From: Rhodosorus marinus CCMP1338
Lineage: Eukaryota; Plantae; Rhodophyta
DNA: 64,000 nucleotides
NCBI GenBank assembly: GCA_029953675.1
Contig: JAMWBK010000008.1
Span: forward strand, 248,001 to 312,000
Direction: 5' to 3'
The notes below the pieces were generated by a model that had not been told where the DNA came from, did not search any database, and was given only the letters and a program-made list of their open reading frames with translations. Shown here in pieces: positions 24,506 through 35,336 of the stretch. Each line of letters begins with the position of its first letter. Within the stretch, counting starts at the first letter, position 1. The position numbers and the translations under genes were made by a program.

Positions 24506-24522
24506 TGGTGGATTTCCGGGGC
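24506..24522 (+). other. Putative primer-binding site (tRNA-Ala-like)
   Basis: TGGTGGATTTCCGGGGC follows the LTR end. Its complement ends ...CCCCGGAAAUCCACCA, like a tRNA 3' end. Confidence 0.5.
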
Positions 24523-24564
24523 TGAAGCCTCTGGCCCCCTCTGGAACCTGGTGTTTGAAGAAAA

Positions 24565-24914
24565 ATGGAACCCGAACCTCCTCCGGGTAGATGGATGCCC
24601 GCAGTTGCTCAGCTACTAGAGCAACAACAGCGGATGACGGAACAGCTTGTGCGAGCGTTGCAGGAGCAACAACAGCTACAACAGCAGCAAGGAGCTCGAA
24701 CGGGACGACTACCAAAGAAATCTGAGTCCCCGACTTTCGACGGAACTTCAGACGTCGAGACCTTTATAAGCGAGCTCGAGCACTTGAGGGCCGTTTATAC
24801 CCTTGAGGAGGACAGTGACTTACTCTTCATCGCGGTTCGAGGGCTTGCAAAGACCGTTACCGAATGGTACCGCACCCTCCCCGTGGCACAACGGACAACG
24901 TGGGCAGCGTTACA
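24565..24914 (+). mobile_element. Truncated Ty3/gypsy gag (retrotransposon capsid), uninterrupted up to the fold-back point
   Basis: PTFDGTSDVETFISELE...AVRGLAKTVTEWYRTLP...TTWAAL matches the PxFxG..D / WY..L..TW pattern. N-terminus is a Q-rich coiled coil. Confidence 0.8.
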
Positions 24915-25051
24915 ATTCGGTAACGGTCTTTGCAAGCTCTCGAACCGCGATGAAGAGTAAGTCACTGTCCTGCTCAAGGGTATAAACGGCCCGAGCTCGC
25001 TTATAAAGGTCTCGACGTCTGAAGTTCCGTCGAAAGTCGGGGACTCAGATT
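24719..25051. repeat. Long inverted repeat: arms 24719-24865 and 24915-25051, 49-nt spacer
   Basis: Base-by-base comparison shows only 2 substitutions and one 10-nt deletion in the second arm. Confidence 0.97.
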
Positions 25052-25088
25052 CTTCGTGAGGGGGTTACTGAGACGAAAAGTTCCAATA
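25051..25088 (+). repeat. Perfect 38-bp direct repeat of 24466-24503 (LTR 3' end)
   Basis: TCTTCGTGAGGGGGTTACTGAGACGAAAAGTTCCAATA at both positions. Confidence 0.97.
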
Positions 25089-26749
25089 ATACCGTTCCTG
25101 TTTCAAACGGAGGAAAGAGTTTGAACAGTACAAGATATCGATCATCTTCACAGTATAGTAGAGTACTTAGGCGGAACATATCGGCCTATTAGTCAGTGGA
25201 ACAATAAAGAAGGCACCGAAGTTTGGAGGATGAAACTGAGGTCAAGGAGAGGAATCCTTCGAAAATTCCAACATTTTTTAACAGAAAGGTCAGTGAGCAT
25301 GAAAATTTTCGATATGGATGAACCAGCGCTCGCTTCATGGAGATGAGGACGTGTTTCTTGGCAGTGGATAGTCTCGCGGATGGGAGTAATCGATGGAACT
25401 TTGAATCAGCTATTGATGCTCAATTGACGGATAGACTGGAATCCTTCGCTAACCATCGTGCCCGATAATCCTCCACAGCAAAAGAGTTTCTCTTATGATT
25501 GTCCCAACACCCGAAAAGAATGAGGGTTCGAGCTGGCGCCCTGTCGCGGTGATGCTCCTCCCGTAACAGGTCGTCCGCGAAATCGTTCCTTCGCTGAAAA
25601 GCGTCAAGAGGACAGTTGCAAGTATAATGTTCGGACTAATTCGGTTTTGATATTTCTACTGGCTCATTGACAGGCTTGAATTCTGTTCTCGACGCCGAAG
25701 CAATCACGTCATTGATTCACAACAAACTCGGAAAGCAAGAATAGACGCCTCTGTCTTTTTTCTGACTGGCAACACCAGCAACACGGACATCACTCAAAAC
25801 GATGGTGAATGAAGCTGAACTGCCTTTTGGGCGGGAAGGAGTGTACCACGAGAACACATGCCAAAAATATCCATTTGACGAAATAAATTCAACGCATTCG
25901 GAATGACTATTGGTGGGTGGGCACATGGACCGTAGTTCAAAAGATTGAGTCAGTCATTTTCTAGCTGGGTATTGAAAGTCCTGACCTCTGTGATGTTCTT
26001 TGAGGTGCAACTTCGGTTTCGATCAGTAGTTTCACGTCTTGCTGAGAGGATTGGCGAAAGCGCAAAGTGAAAATCACGACCTTCCAAACGGAAAACGAAC
26101 GGGATTTGCTTCGAACCCATCCATGACTCGGAGCGTGCCTACTGGAACGGACAGGTGATAAGACCACTTGCGCAGGGCAACAATGTCTCACGATGGTGCT
26201 ACCGAACGATTTGCTAGGTACTAGTCACCGGAATCTGAAGGCACGTGAATTCAAATTGAACTCTTCAGTGTTCAGCACGTGTTCCAACATTTGCAAGCTG
26301 CTGAAGCCGTGACTGTCATCCCAACGACAAGATGGAGCCGGAACAAGACCAGCAGCGAGTACGAAGCTTCAGTGCAGGGAGAGGCTCCACACTGCAAAGC
26401 TGTAAGTACCCTCACAACGGGAACGGGGATCGTAGATTTGCGTTTGCTGCCAATGAACCTGCCCAACACACGGAAGGCCATTTCGAGACTGCCTTTGGAT
26501 ATGCAACACATGGCACTCGTCTGAAGTTTTTCGGATATTTTATGAATTAGTAAGTCAATTAGAAACAGAAAGATTTTTCCTGCCTTTCTTGTTAGCCAGC
26601 GGCCGTGAAGTTCACTCTGCGCTTGCTACCCTCATCTTAAAGCGAAAACAAATTCACCCCTTGTTTTGGGAAAAACTCACCCTGCTCATATCCGCGAAAT
26701 GTTTTTGATCGGTTCACAACCATGACAGCAACCAGTTAGCCAAGGCAGG

Positions 26750-27980
26750 TGTACCGCCGCAAAATGTCCCCTTGAGGGTGTTCATAAGGACGAGTTGCTG
26801 TCATCTACTTCCAGCCAATCGAAAGTAGGTCCTGTTCGCCTTGTGGCCAGATACTACAAGAAATCGCAAGAAAACGAAACCCTAAGTTTTTTACCCAAAC
26901 AATATTCCCCCAACTCAATTCCGGTTCTGGTCGTACCAACGAGTTGAGATGTTTTGCAATATCTCTATTTTTGAAGAAAATATTAAGAACTAGGAGATTA
27001 ACTAATCTGGTTGGATTAAGTTTCTTTGTATTCCTAATAAAACGCATAGGGATAGCTTAGATCCCGAATTTGGTGTATCAACCAACCTCTTTTCACTTTG
27101 TTGAATACCTTCGCTTCTCTAAGTTTCCCTCCGGTCCAATGACAAAAGGGGAATCGTAGGACGTACCTCGCGAGGCCCTATCCTCACCGTCTGAAAGTTT
27201 GAAGCGAGTGACATCGTTTGTCGATTTTTCACAATTGTGCCTTCCCTAGAGACCGCAAAAGAGAGCTTCGATTAAAAAAAAGGGGGCGTCGGTCTTACAT
27301 CAGCTTGAAATCCCCGGTTTTCGATGGGCGAAAACCGGATTTCAAAGGCAACCCAGGCGACATCATCAAAGCAAACCATAAGGGCGCAACACCCCACCTC
27401 CGAACCAAAGTTGAAATTCTACTTTCTTCTGAAACTGGTTCGGAAGTGCCGGTTTTGTCTTACAAAGTGGGTAAAGCCCAACCCCTGACAGAACTGTACC
27501 TTTTCGTCCGCTTTTTTTAATCAGAATTTTTAAGGCTAAGCTGACATTATCAGTTTTAGCCCGGAGAAATTCCACCCCTTGGAGGGTTGCTGATGGTCTC
27601 CAATATCGACCATTTTAGCCTCGCCTTGAAAGGTTTCTCTCCCTTACCAGCGTGAATCCGAGCTTAGAAACTTACAACAACTGGCAAATCCTTGGGCAAA
27701 GAAAGGCGTCCCTTCAAAGCATAAACACAAGTTCAGTAGCGTGGCGGACGTGAAAGCCTGTACAATGCCAGAAAAGGACCAATCAAATGCCAATTTCAAT
27801 TTTTTAGTCTTGGTCCCAGCCAACCGATACACGCCCCTCCCCCCCAAAAAGGCATTTCCCGCACGCCTGAGAAATTCCATCTGGAAACCCTTGGGCTCCG
27901 CCCCTCAGGCACAAAATTTCAAAGAAATGAAGCCCTGGGCAAAGCTGGTATTGAATTTCTAAATAAACCGTGACGTACTG
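26750..27980 (+). mobile_element. Heavily decayed Ty3/gypsy RT-RNase H remnant
   Basis: Degenerate motifs in RT order: SP..RKRN..QLN, YLRFSKFPSG (~YEFxxMPFG), FVDF (~YxDD), DFKGN (~FLGH), KVEI, LFVRFF (~YYRRFI), PARL. Rich in homopolymer runs and possibly error-prone. Confidence 0.35.
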
Positions 27981-28384
27981 CTCTTTTAGGCAAAAAAACA
28001 GTCAGTGGATTATCAAAATGGGGTAGGAGGCCAGAGCAGAAACCGAGGAACTTATTCCCTAAATATTGTGGCTGAATTTCTTCTGAAAATTTGAATGGAA
28101 ACGTTTTCCTTCTCTTTGTTGCACCAGAAGTGGAAAAGGCCTAAAAAATATGAAGATTCCTCACAATATCCGTGGCTGGCGGTAGATTGTTTCAAGATTC
28201 ATCCCGTGAAAGGAATGGTCCCTGCCTTGCTATCATCTTACGTTCATTACACCCGGCGTTCTATATATAGCGAGCTCCTCTAATGTGTAGGGTATTTGTA
28301 GTTAGGGGGTTCCAAGGCTAGGCAGGGGAAGAGGTTGGTTGTGTGTGGATTGTCGAGGGGAAACTTGAAAGTGGTGAATGAGGT

Positions 28385-28660
28385 ATGGGTTTCTTAAAGT
28401 CAAAGGATGTGGAGTCTGATCACCGGTACTCATTGTTCCAGGATTATACGTTTGACGAGAAGAGTCCGTCAGGATCTTCTTCTAGGGATCCTCACAGCGC
28501 TGATTTGTTCAGGAAGGATACGTACGTCGCGTTTTCGACCGAGGCTGCAAGGGCTCGACGTGTGCGGGAGCAGCAGACATTCCACAAGCGGGTCAGGAGA
28601 GGAATGTCAGGTCGAATGAGGAATCTCTTCAGGAGGGACGATACGTGGATCAGGTACTAG
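28385..28660 (+). CDS. Small hypothetical protein (91 aa)
   Basis: Clean ATG-to-stop ORF with a G-rich upstream region and coding-like composition. No family recognised. Confidence 0.5.
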   Translation: MGFLKSKDVESDHRYSLFQDYTFDEKSPSGSSSRDPHSADLFRKDTYVAFSTEAARARRVREQQTFHKRVRRGMSGRMRNLFRRDDTWIRY

Positions 28661-29439
28661 GAATTGCCGCGGGGCAGTACTGGCAGGTGGTGGATTATTT
28701 GCTGAACCTGTTAGCGCTTTTATCTAATACTCGCTGCTTGAGCTCTTTCCGGTCTCTGGCGCGACCTGTAAATAAAGACTTAAATTCATTTGAACTCCCA
28801 ACGACGTACTCAACGTACATCCGTAAACTCAACTTTGTGGGAGCCTGCTACTCAGCAGATCGTTAGGACTTACCATAGAAATAGTCCCGAACTCCTGTCA
28901 GGTTGCATTTGCCGGCAAGCGTATTCACGCAGCAAAGGACGCTAGGCTCCATGCGCAATAGGCGGTACACTATTTACCCCAGAGCTTCTTCCAGAGGTTC
29001 TAAAATCGGAAGCGAGCGAAAATGGATCTGGTGAGGCCACTTACCCTTATCCAATTTCAATTCCCACGGGTTCCCCTGCTTTTGGACGGTCTCCTTGCAA
29101 CGCGGAATTACTGATAAGCACAATCGATTTGGACTGAATCTATATTTTGACTGAATCAATCAGTTTCGCGACAGAAGGATTACTTTTTTTTATTGAAAGA
29201 CAGTGCCCCTTGTTTTTCCCGTCAAAACGTGGAGATGACGCTCAAGCTCAACGCGGTATTGGAAGGACGAGTTCCCGATTCCGATGAGGGACTGAATGCC
29301 TAGCGCGCACTTTATTGTCCCGTTGGTTTGCAGTCTGCTGTTATTTTCAGGAAGGACGGGGACTAAAATCGACCGTGACCGCTGATACAGACACAGGTTT
29401 TTGGAGGCAGGTAGGAAGTTGACGTGGATATCGCTAACG

Positions 29440-30470
29440 ATGGCGTTCATAGCGGGAACTGGTTTTGTCCGTGCACAATCTCGGCCGTCAACATGTGCGT
29501 CTTCTCGGAGGTGCACGGCTTTGAACATGAGCTTGGAACAGGAAGATAAGGTGGTGGTCAAAGAATATTTCAACACTAAGGGATTTGATCGATGGAGCAG
29601 GATCTACTCGGAGGATGGTGAGATCAACAATGTTCAGAAGGACATCCGAGAGGGCCACCAGATCACGATTGACACAATCTTGGAATGGCTGGATAAGGAC
29701 GGAAACCTATCACAGCAGAAGATATGCGATGCGGGGTGCGGTGTTGGCTCCTTGGCAATTCCACTTGCTCAACGAGGTGCTACGGTTTCAGCATCTGACA
29801 TATCAGACTCCATGGCAAACGAAGGCCGCGCGAGAGCTGATGCAATTTTGGTAGGCTATGATTCATCTGAAAAGAGGCCATGGTCGTTGTTCCTGAAAGT
29901 ATCCGCTTGCTATTCCCAGGGTGCGAACGCGTCGAGGGTCAGTTTCGAGTCAGCAGATTTGGAGTCTTTAGCTGGAAGCTACGATTTAGTCTGCTGTGTA
30001 GACGTGCTGATCCACTACCCTGACGAAAAGCTCAGGGACATGATTGGTCATCTTGGATCTTTGACGACCGGACAGATGGTAAGCATTCTGCATAATAAAA
30101 CAGAACTGGCCAAAGAAATGATTCTAGCGGAACCCTTCCCTAACTAGTGGATACTTCGAACGAACTAGATTTTCAGTTTCGCACCTAGGACGCCGCTTTT
30201 GGCTCTGCTCAAGAAGGTCGGGGACTTTTTCCCGGGGCCTAGCAAGGCGACGCGAGCATACCTGCATGCAGAGGTTAGCACCTCCCAAAAACGAGTTCGA
30301 CATAGTTTGTGAAACTAAGAAGCGGCTCTAATACCTCGACTACCGTCATTCTTGTTTGCCAGGCTGAGGTCGTCAGCATTTTGAGCGAACTGGGCTTCAA
30401 AGTGGTCCGGCGCAGTGAGACGAGAGCAAAATTCTACTTCTCCACAGTGCTGCAGGTAGAACGGGCATGA
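29440..30470 (+). CDS. CHLM: Mg-protoporphyrin IX methyltransferase, plastid-targeted, 4 exons
   Basis: VKEYFNTKGFDRWSRIY, ICDAGCGVGSLAIPLA, VSASDIS, CCVDVLIHYP, IFSFAPRTPLLALLKKVGDFFPGPSKATRAYLHAE, FYFS. Transit peptide MAFIAG. Confidence 0.96.
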
Positions 30471-31774
30471 GTTTGACCTTCGGGTATCCGAAATGTGACA
30501 GCACCTCCTAATTTCCCGCGCAGTGTGAAATTCTGATCATTTCGAGCGTGTGCAAGATGTAGACTATCTGGAAAGCTCCTGGGAAGCTCCGTAAATCCAA
30601 GGTTGACTTTGTCCGAACTAATCTGATCACCGCTCCGAATCTTGCGGCGGGTAAGACGATCGCGAACAGTTGTGCTGCAATAGTGCGTCCGTGACGCGAT
30701 TTTGGCTGCTTGGAACGCTCTAGTCGTGCCACAGTGACATCTGAAGTCAAGCCGTTGGGATCAACGCCGGCGGCACGTCTTCAGAAATGCGTCCATGGTG
30801 GGTCCAAAAACCTCAGACTTAAGCACGAATGGAGGTGTTCAGATTCAGCAAGCCTCTGCTGCTCCCCACAAACATCAGAACAAAGGCGAAGTCTGAGAAG
30901 ACCTCATCAGACCCAACCCTCCGAAATTTTAGGCGGTCTACCAAACTAACAAAGCTCAGCGGGCACTGGCTTGTGGAGAACAGACATGATCTCTAGTGCC
31001 AAGGTCGTACTCGCCTAGTACAAAGTCCAACCCTGGAGCCGCAGAGCTAAGCACAAACCATAACTCGATAGGAATAGGAGCTCGAACAAACCCCAACTCA
31101 TCTCCACCGCTAATACGGGCCCCTTGAAGCGTAAAATTCAAGCGGTAAAGCGTGGGACGAGGCACCATGTACTGGCGACATGAGCGGTGAGAACGATGCT
31201 TCAGTTTTCGATATATTTAGCACCCAACGCTCAGGAGCTTAACAAGAAGCACTTATTCAGCCTCGGAAGACATTCAAAGGAGCAGTTCCACTTGCTGCAT
31301 TTGAAAAGTGCTCTGAGGAGAACCCACGGATTTATGAGGTTGGCCAAAGGTTTCCGCGGAACGGGTTTGGTTACGAACTAGCAGCGTTTGGGTGTAAGAA
31401 GAGCGCCGTTTGTTGGTTTTCTGGTGTGCTTAGGTGCTGTGTCTCCAAGGAGGATTTGAGTGAATGTGCACATGAACCCCGGGGGCAAGGTCTGGTCTGT
31501 GTGTTAAACAGTGGTTGCGAGGAAGCTATCAGACTTAAGGAGGAGCGTCGAGCTTAGATGATCGAAGGGAACTTATTTGGCTAAGTACGTTGGCGAAAAG
31601 GTTTCGAGAGCTGACGAGCAGAAGTGATCAGTAGAAAGAGCAGGTCTTGGCATCGGAAGTGGGCACCCCTGGAAGTGTGTGGTTCTTAGATGAATTGATG
31701 GGGTTGTAATCTCGAAACGCATCGGTTTGTACGAGATGGTGCGCGATGGTAGAAACGTGAATAAGCTGGGATTC

Positions 31775-32955
31775 ATGCTAGGTTTTGCTGGTTTGGGATC
31801 GAGCTCGCTTAGATTGAGGGAAGGATGGTCTATGATGGGCGGCCACCCCCGGGAGATGTCAGGGAACTTAAGGCCGCTTTGTACTCGTGGGGGCCATGGA
31901 ACACGGAGGATGCTAGCGGGAGTCCGGATGGGAATGGTGCCGTTTGACGTGCCGAGTTCATTGAGCTTGGCTTCCATGGTGCCGAAAGCTCTTCCGTGGA
32001 CAGCAGTAGGGACAGTGATGATCTCCGTGGTGGCTGCGTTAGTAGTTGTGCTACGAGCATCGGCGGCAGTTGCGTTGCTGCGGAAGCTTACTTCTGCCGT
32101 AGCAAGAATAGTCCTCAGGTTGCAGTCTACAGCTGAGCCCATTGCCGAAGGACCGCTGACCGATTCGGCTATCTCAGAGAGCACAACCACTCCCTTCAAA
32201 TCTGCGGTTTTAGGGGCAACCCTGCCATCCCCTTCGAGCGAGAAACAGGCCGTTCACAACGGCAAGCCGGTCACGGAAGAACAAGTAGAACCGCTAGAGG
32301 TTTCAGCTCGAGTAGGTGAGAGGCCTGCTGGCGAAGTCACGGCGAATGAGGAGCTTTCCGCGGCTTTGAAAGAGCCATTTGGTCCAGGTGAGTACTCGAA
32401 TAGAGTCGCTGGTCCGAAAAGAGTCCGACTTTGACAATCAGACTTAACCCGACACGGTTCTGGGATTGCTTAGGGGAACTGAACATAACCGACGAACAGT
32501 ACATGCAGTTGAGTGGTGACGAGAAGGCAAATATGCTAAAACGGGAGATGCGAAAACAGTGGAAGGAAACCCTTGAAGAGCGAGGGTTAACGGAGGATGA
32601 CCTCGGCCCGGAAAAACTCGTTTTTTCGCCGGAGGGAATTCGTCGAGCAGCTCAAGACCCGTTGGCGGCAGAAAACGAAGCTGACGAAGAGGATGAGCGA
32701 AGCTGGAAATCGATAACTTTCACGATTCCTGTTCCGATGGGGCTTCTCGAGTTTGCGGAGAGACTCAACGGCCAGCTAGCGGTAGTCGGATTGGTGGTAT
32801 GCTTTCTGCGCCAAGTTCTGGAGCCTGGACATCCCCTGTTTACTGAGCAGCTCCTGCAGGCAGTCCAGCTTGTATTTCTGCTACCGATGATTCTGCAGAG
32901 CTCGCTCTCAAACGTGCAAGTGGATGATGTACAAACCCTACCTCTGAGTTTATAA
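31775..32955 (+). CDS. LHC-like (LIL/OHP/SEP-type) membrane protein with a long N-terminal extension, ~364 aa, 2 exons
   Basis: The phase-1 intron 32388-32473 (GTGAGT...TAG) joins ORFs 31727-32434 and 32431-32955 in frame. C-terminal FAERLNGQLAVVGLV resembles the LHC motif. Transit peptide MLGFAG. Confidence 0.7.
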
Positions 32956-33644
32956 CTGGCTCCTGGAAAGTATGCGGACCTTACACGACAACAAGCATCA
33001 TATTCCAAAACTTTCCTGTTTTTGTTTCCTACTGCGTATCACAACCCGCCACTTCTGTCGTAGACGACGATCGATCCCTCGTGAAGATGTGGTGCTACGC
33101 TCTCCGGGAAAGAGTGGATCCTGGGGTGGGGGACATGCCAGCGCGGAGGAAGAGCTGACGCACGCAGATGACAGGGCCTGTGGGAATGACTCTTTGGAAT
33201 AGGATTCGGGATATTCGGAAATATTTGCTGGTGCAAGTCACAGGGCTGCTGCTGAAGTTTGTGACGTCGATACTCTTTCGATATAAATATTGAAACGAAG
33301 ACGGAATGTCAGTGCTAAATGACGTGCAGACGCTGACGCAAGCGAGGATTTTGCCCGAGCTTCGCCCAGTAACCAGTGCCGCTTTTAGACGGGTATCTGA
33401 ACATTACTCGTCGCATACCCCGCCCAAAGCACTGCGAACCCGATCAGTTTGCTGACTTGGTCACGCGGGTCAACAAACGATCCACAGCGGTTCATGTAGC
33501 AGTATTCAAACTCTTCTGTTTATTCAAAGAAAAGGAACCCTTGCTGAATAATCGTATCTCCTCGACTGTCCTGTTTCGTTTTTCTCATATGTGCAAAGCG
33601 CATCGTCCCCGTCTGATCTCCCGATTTGCATACGGCTACACGAT

Positions 33645-35336
33645 TTAGGAGGTGTGGATCAAGTAGTTGTCATACTCTTCCGGCTTTTCTCTAAAGAGAT
33701 GCTGATAGTACATGATTGTGTCGTAGAGGACCTCTTTCGAGAAATCCGCTGTGACAACAGCTTCCCCAAGGCCTTTCAAGAGGATAAGCTTGAGGACCCC
33801 CGATTCCACTTTCTTGTCCACAGACATGTAGGTCATGAACTCCTCGATAGCCATTGAAGGAGGAGGTCGAATCTGAAAAAGACAAAAGGAGAAAAATTAA
33901 GCGTCATACTGGAATCTCATTGTCGAGTTTGCGAACCGAAATGGCTATCTTGCAGCGAACCACTCTACCACGCGTGGCGTGCGCATTGCAGGACTACAAC
34001 TGTGGTCAACAATCTTCGGCGAGCATCCACAAGGCAACAATGACCGACCACAATCCATATCCGACGGAAATAACTCACCGGCAAGCTAGCACGTGCCAAG
34101 AGCTTCTCAGTTCTTTTGGTGACGGACTCATCGAGCCATCCGAGGCGTACGGACATTTCACACGCCATCACCATCCCAGCAGCAACGGCCTCGCCATGTA
34201 GCCATTGTCCATATCCCATGGACGCCTCAATTGCATGTCCGAACGTATGTCCAAGGTTCAACGTAGCACGCACACCCCCCTCTCTGAAGTACGGCCAGAG
34301 CGAGGCAAAGATGAAAAACGGAATTGAGCGATCTACGTCCAAGCACGTGAGTTAGGTTTCTCACAAATCCATGGCGTACCTTTCATCTGCCTCTACAACT
34401 TCTGCCTTGTTGATACAACTTCTTTCCATAGCGTAGAGAAGAGTGGCCGGATCGCGGGCGATCATACCGTCCATGTTCTCCTCACACCATCGGAAGAAGG
34501 GCTCGTCACGAATAAGTCCATACTTGACAATCTCAGCAATACCTGCAGCTAGTTGTCTATCATCCAGTGTGCTCAAGACAGCAGTATCGACAACCACCGC
34601 CTGATCGGTCAACAAAAAAGGATCTTCCATGATTAGTGGTGAGCTTTGGATGCGAGGGAGGCCATGCTTTAAACGGTGAATTCGATACCCGTGGTTGATA
34701 GAAAGCACCGATCATGTTCTTTCCTTTAGGATGGTTGACGGCTGTCTTACCACCTACGGATGAATCTACCACTGCCAGCAAAGTTGTGGGCACTTGAACA
34801 AAAGGAACGCCTCGAACAAAGCATGCAGCAGCAAAGCCAGTAATATCTCCCACAACACCTCCCCCCAGAGCGACCAGGGAGCTTTTCCGGTCCAGCTTGT
34901 GATCCATGCACTTATCCAATATCGCGTTTAACCATTCCATACTCTTGTACTGCTCACCATCAGGGAGCTCTATCGTGAAGATGCTCTTTCCTGTCGCGGT
35001 GAGTGACTCTCGAAGCTTGTTCAAGTAAAGCGGTCCAACTGTCTCGTTCGTCACCACCAGAACCTAGCCCGGACAAAACCAGGAATATTGGCAAAATTAA
35101 AAAGGAATTGGACATGCCATCTATTCTGACGAATCATGTACCTTGTCACCGGGGAGATACGGGCTGAAGTTGGCAGGGTCTCCAAGGAGTCCATCCCCAA
35201 ATATAATTGGATATGTCCTCGATTCCGCTTTGACCTCCAAGACTCGAGTCCGCTCAGCTGGTGACACAGATGCCATAGTGACAGAACTACGACGCCTAAC
35301 CTTCCTCAAACTTCCCAAACTTGCCACAAATCCCAT
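33645..35336 (-). CDS. aroB: 3-dehydroquinate synthase, plastid-targeted, multi-exon
   Basis: [84 protein letters not shown]. Confidence 0.97.

Larger units (their letters stand above)
24193..25096 (+). mobile_element. Rearranged Ty3/gypsy-like insertion: LTR, PBS, truncated gag, inverted gag, LTR end, flanked by 8-bp direct repeats
   Basis: ATACCGTT at 24193-24200 and 25089-25096. Internal parts are listed as separate features. Confidence 0.8.

Noticed and set aside
31573-32199. 208-aa minus-strand ORF (similarly 37063-37575, 52444-52896, 58800-59312, 44732-45097)
   Set aside because: Antisense shadows of recognised genes on the other strand.
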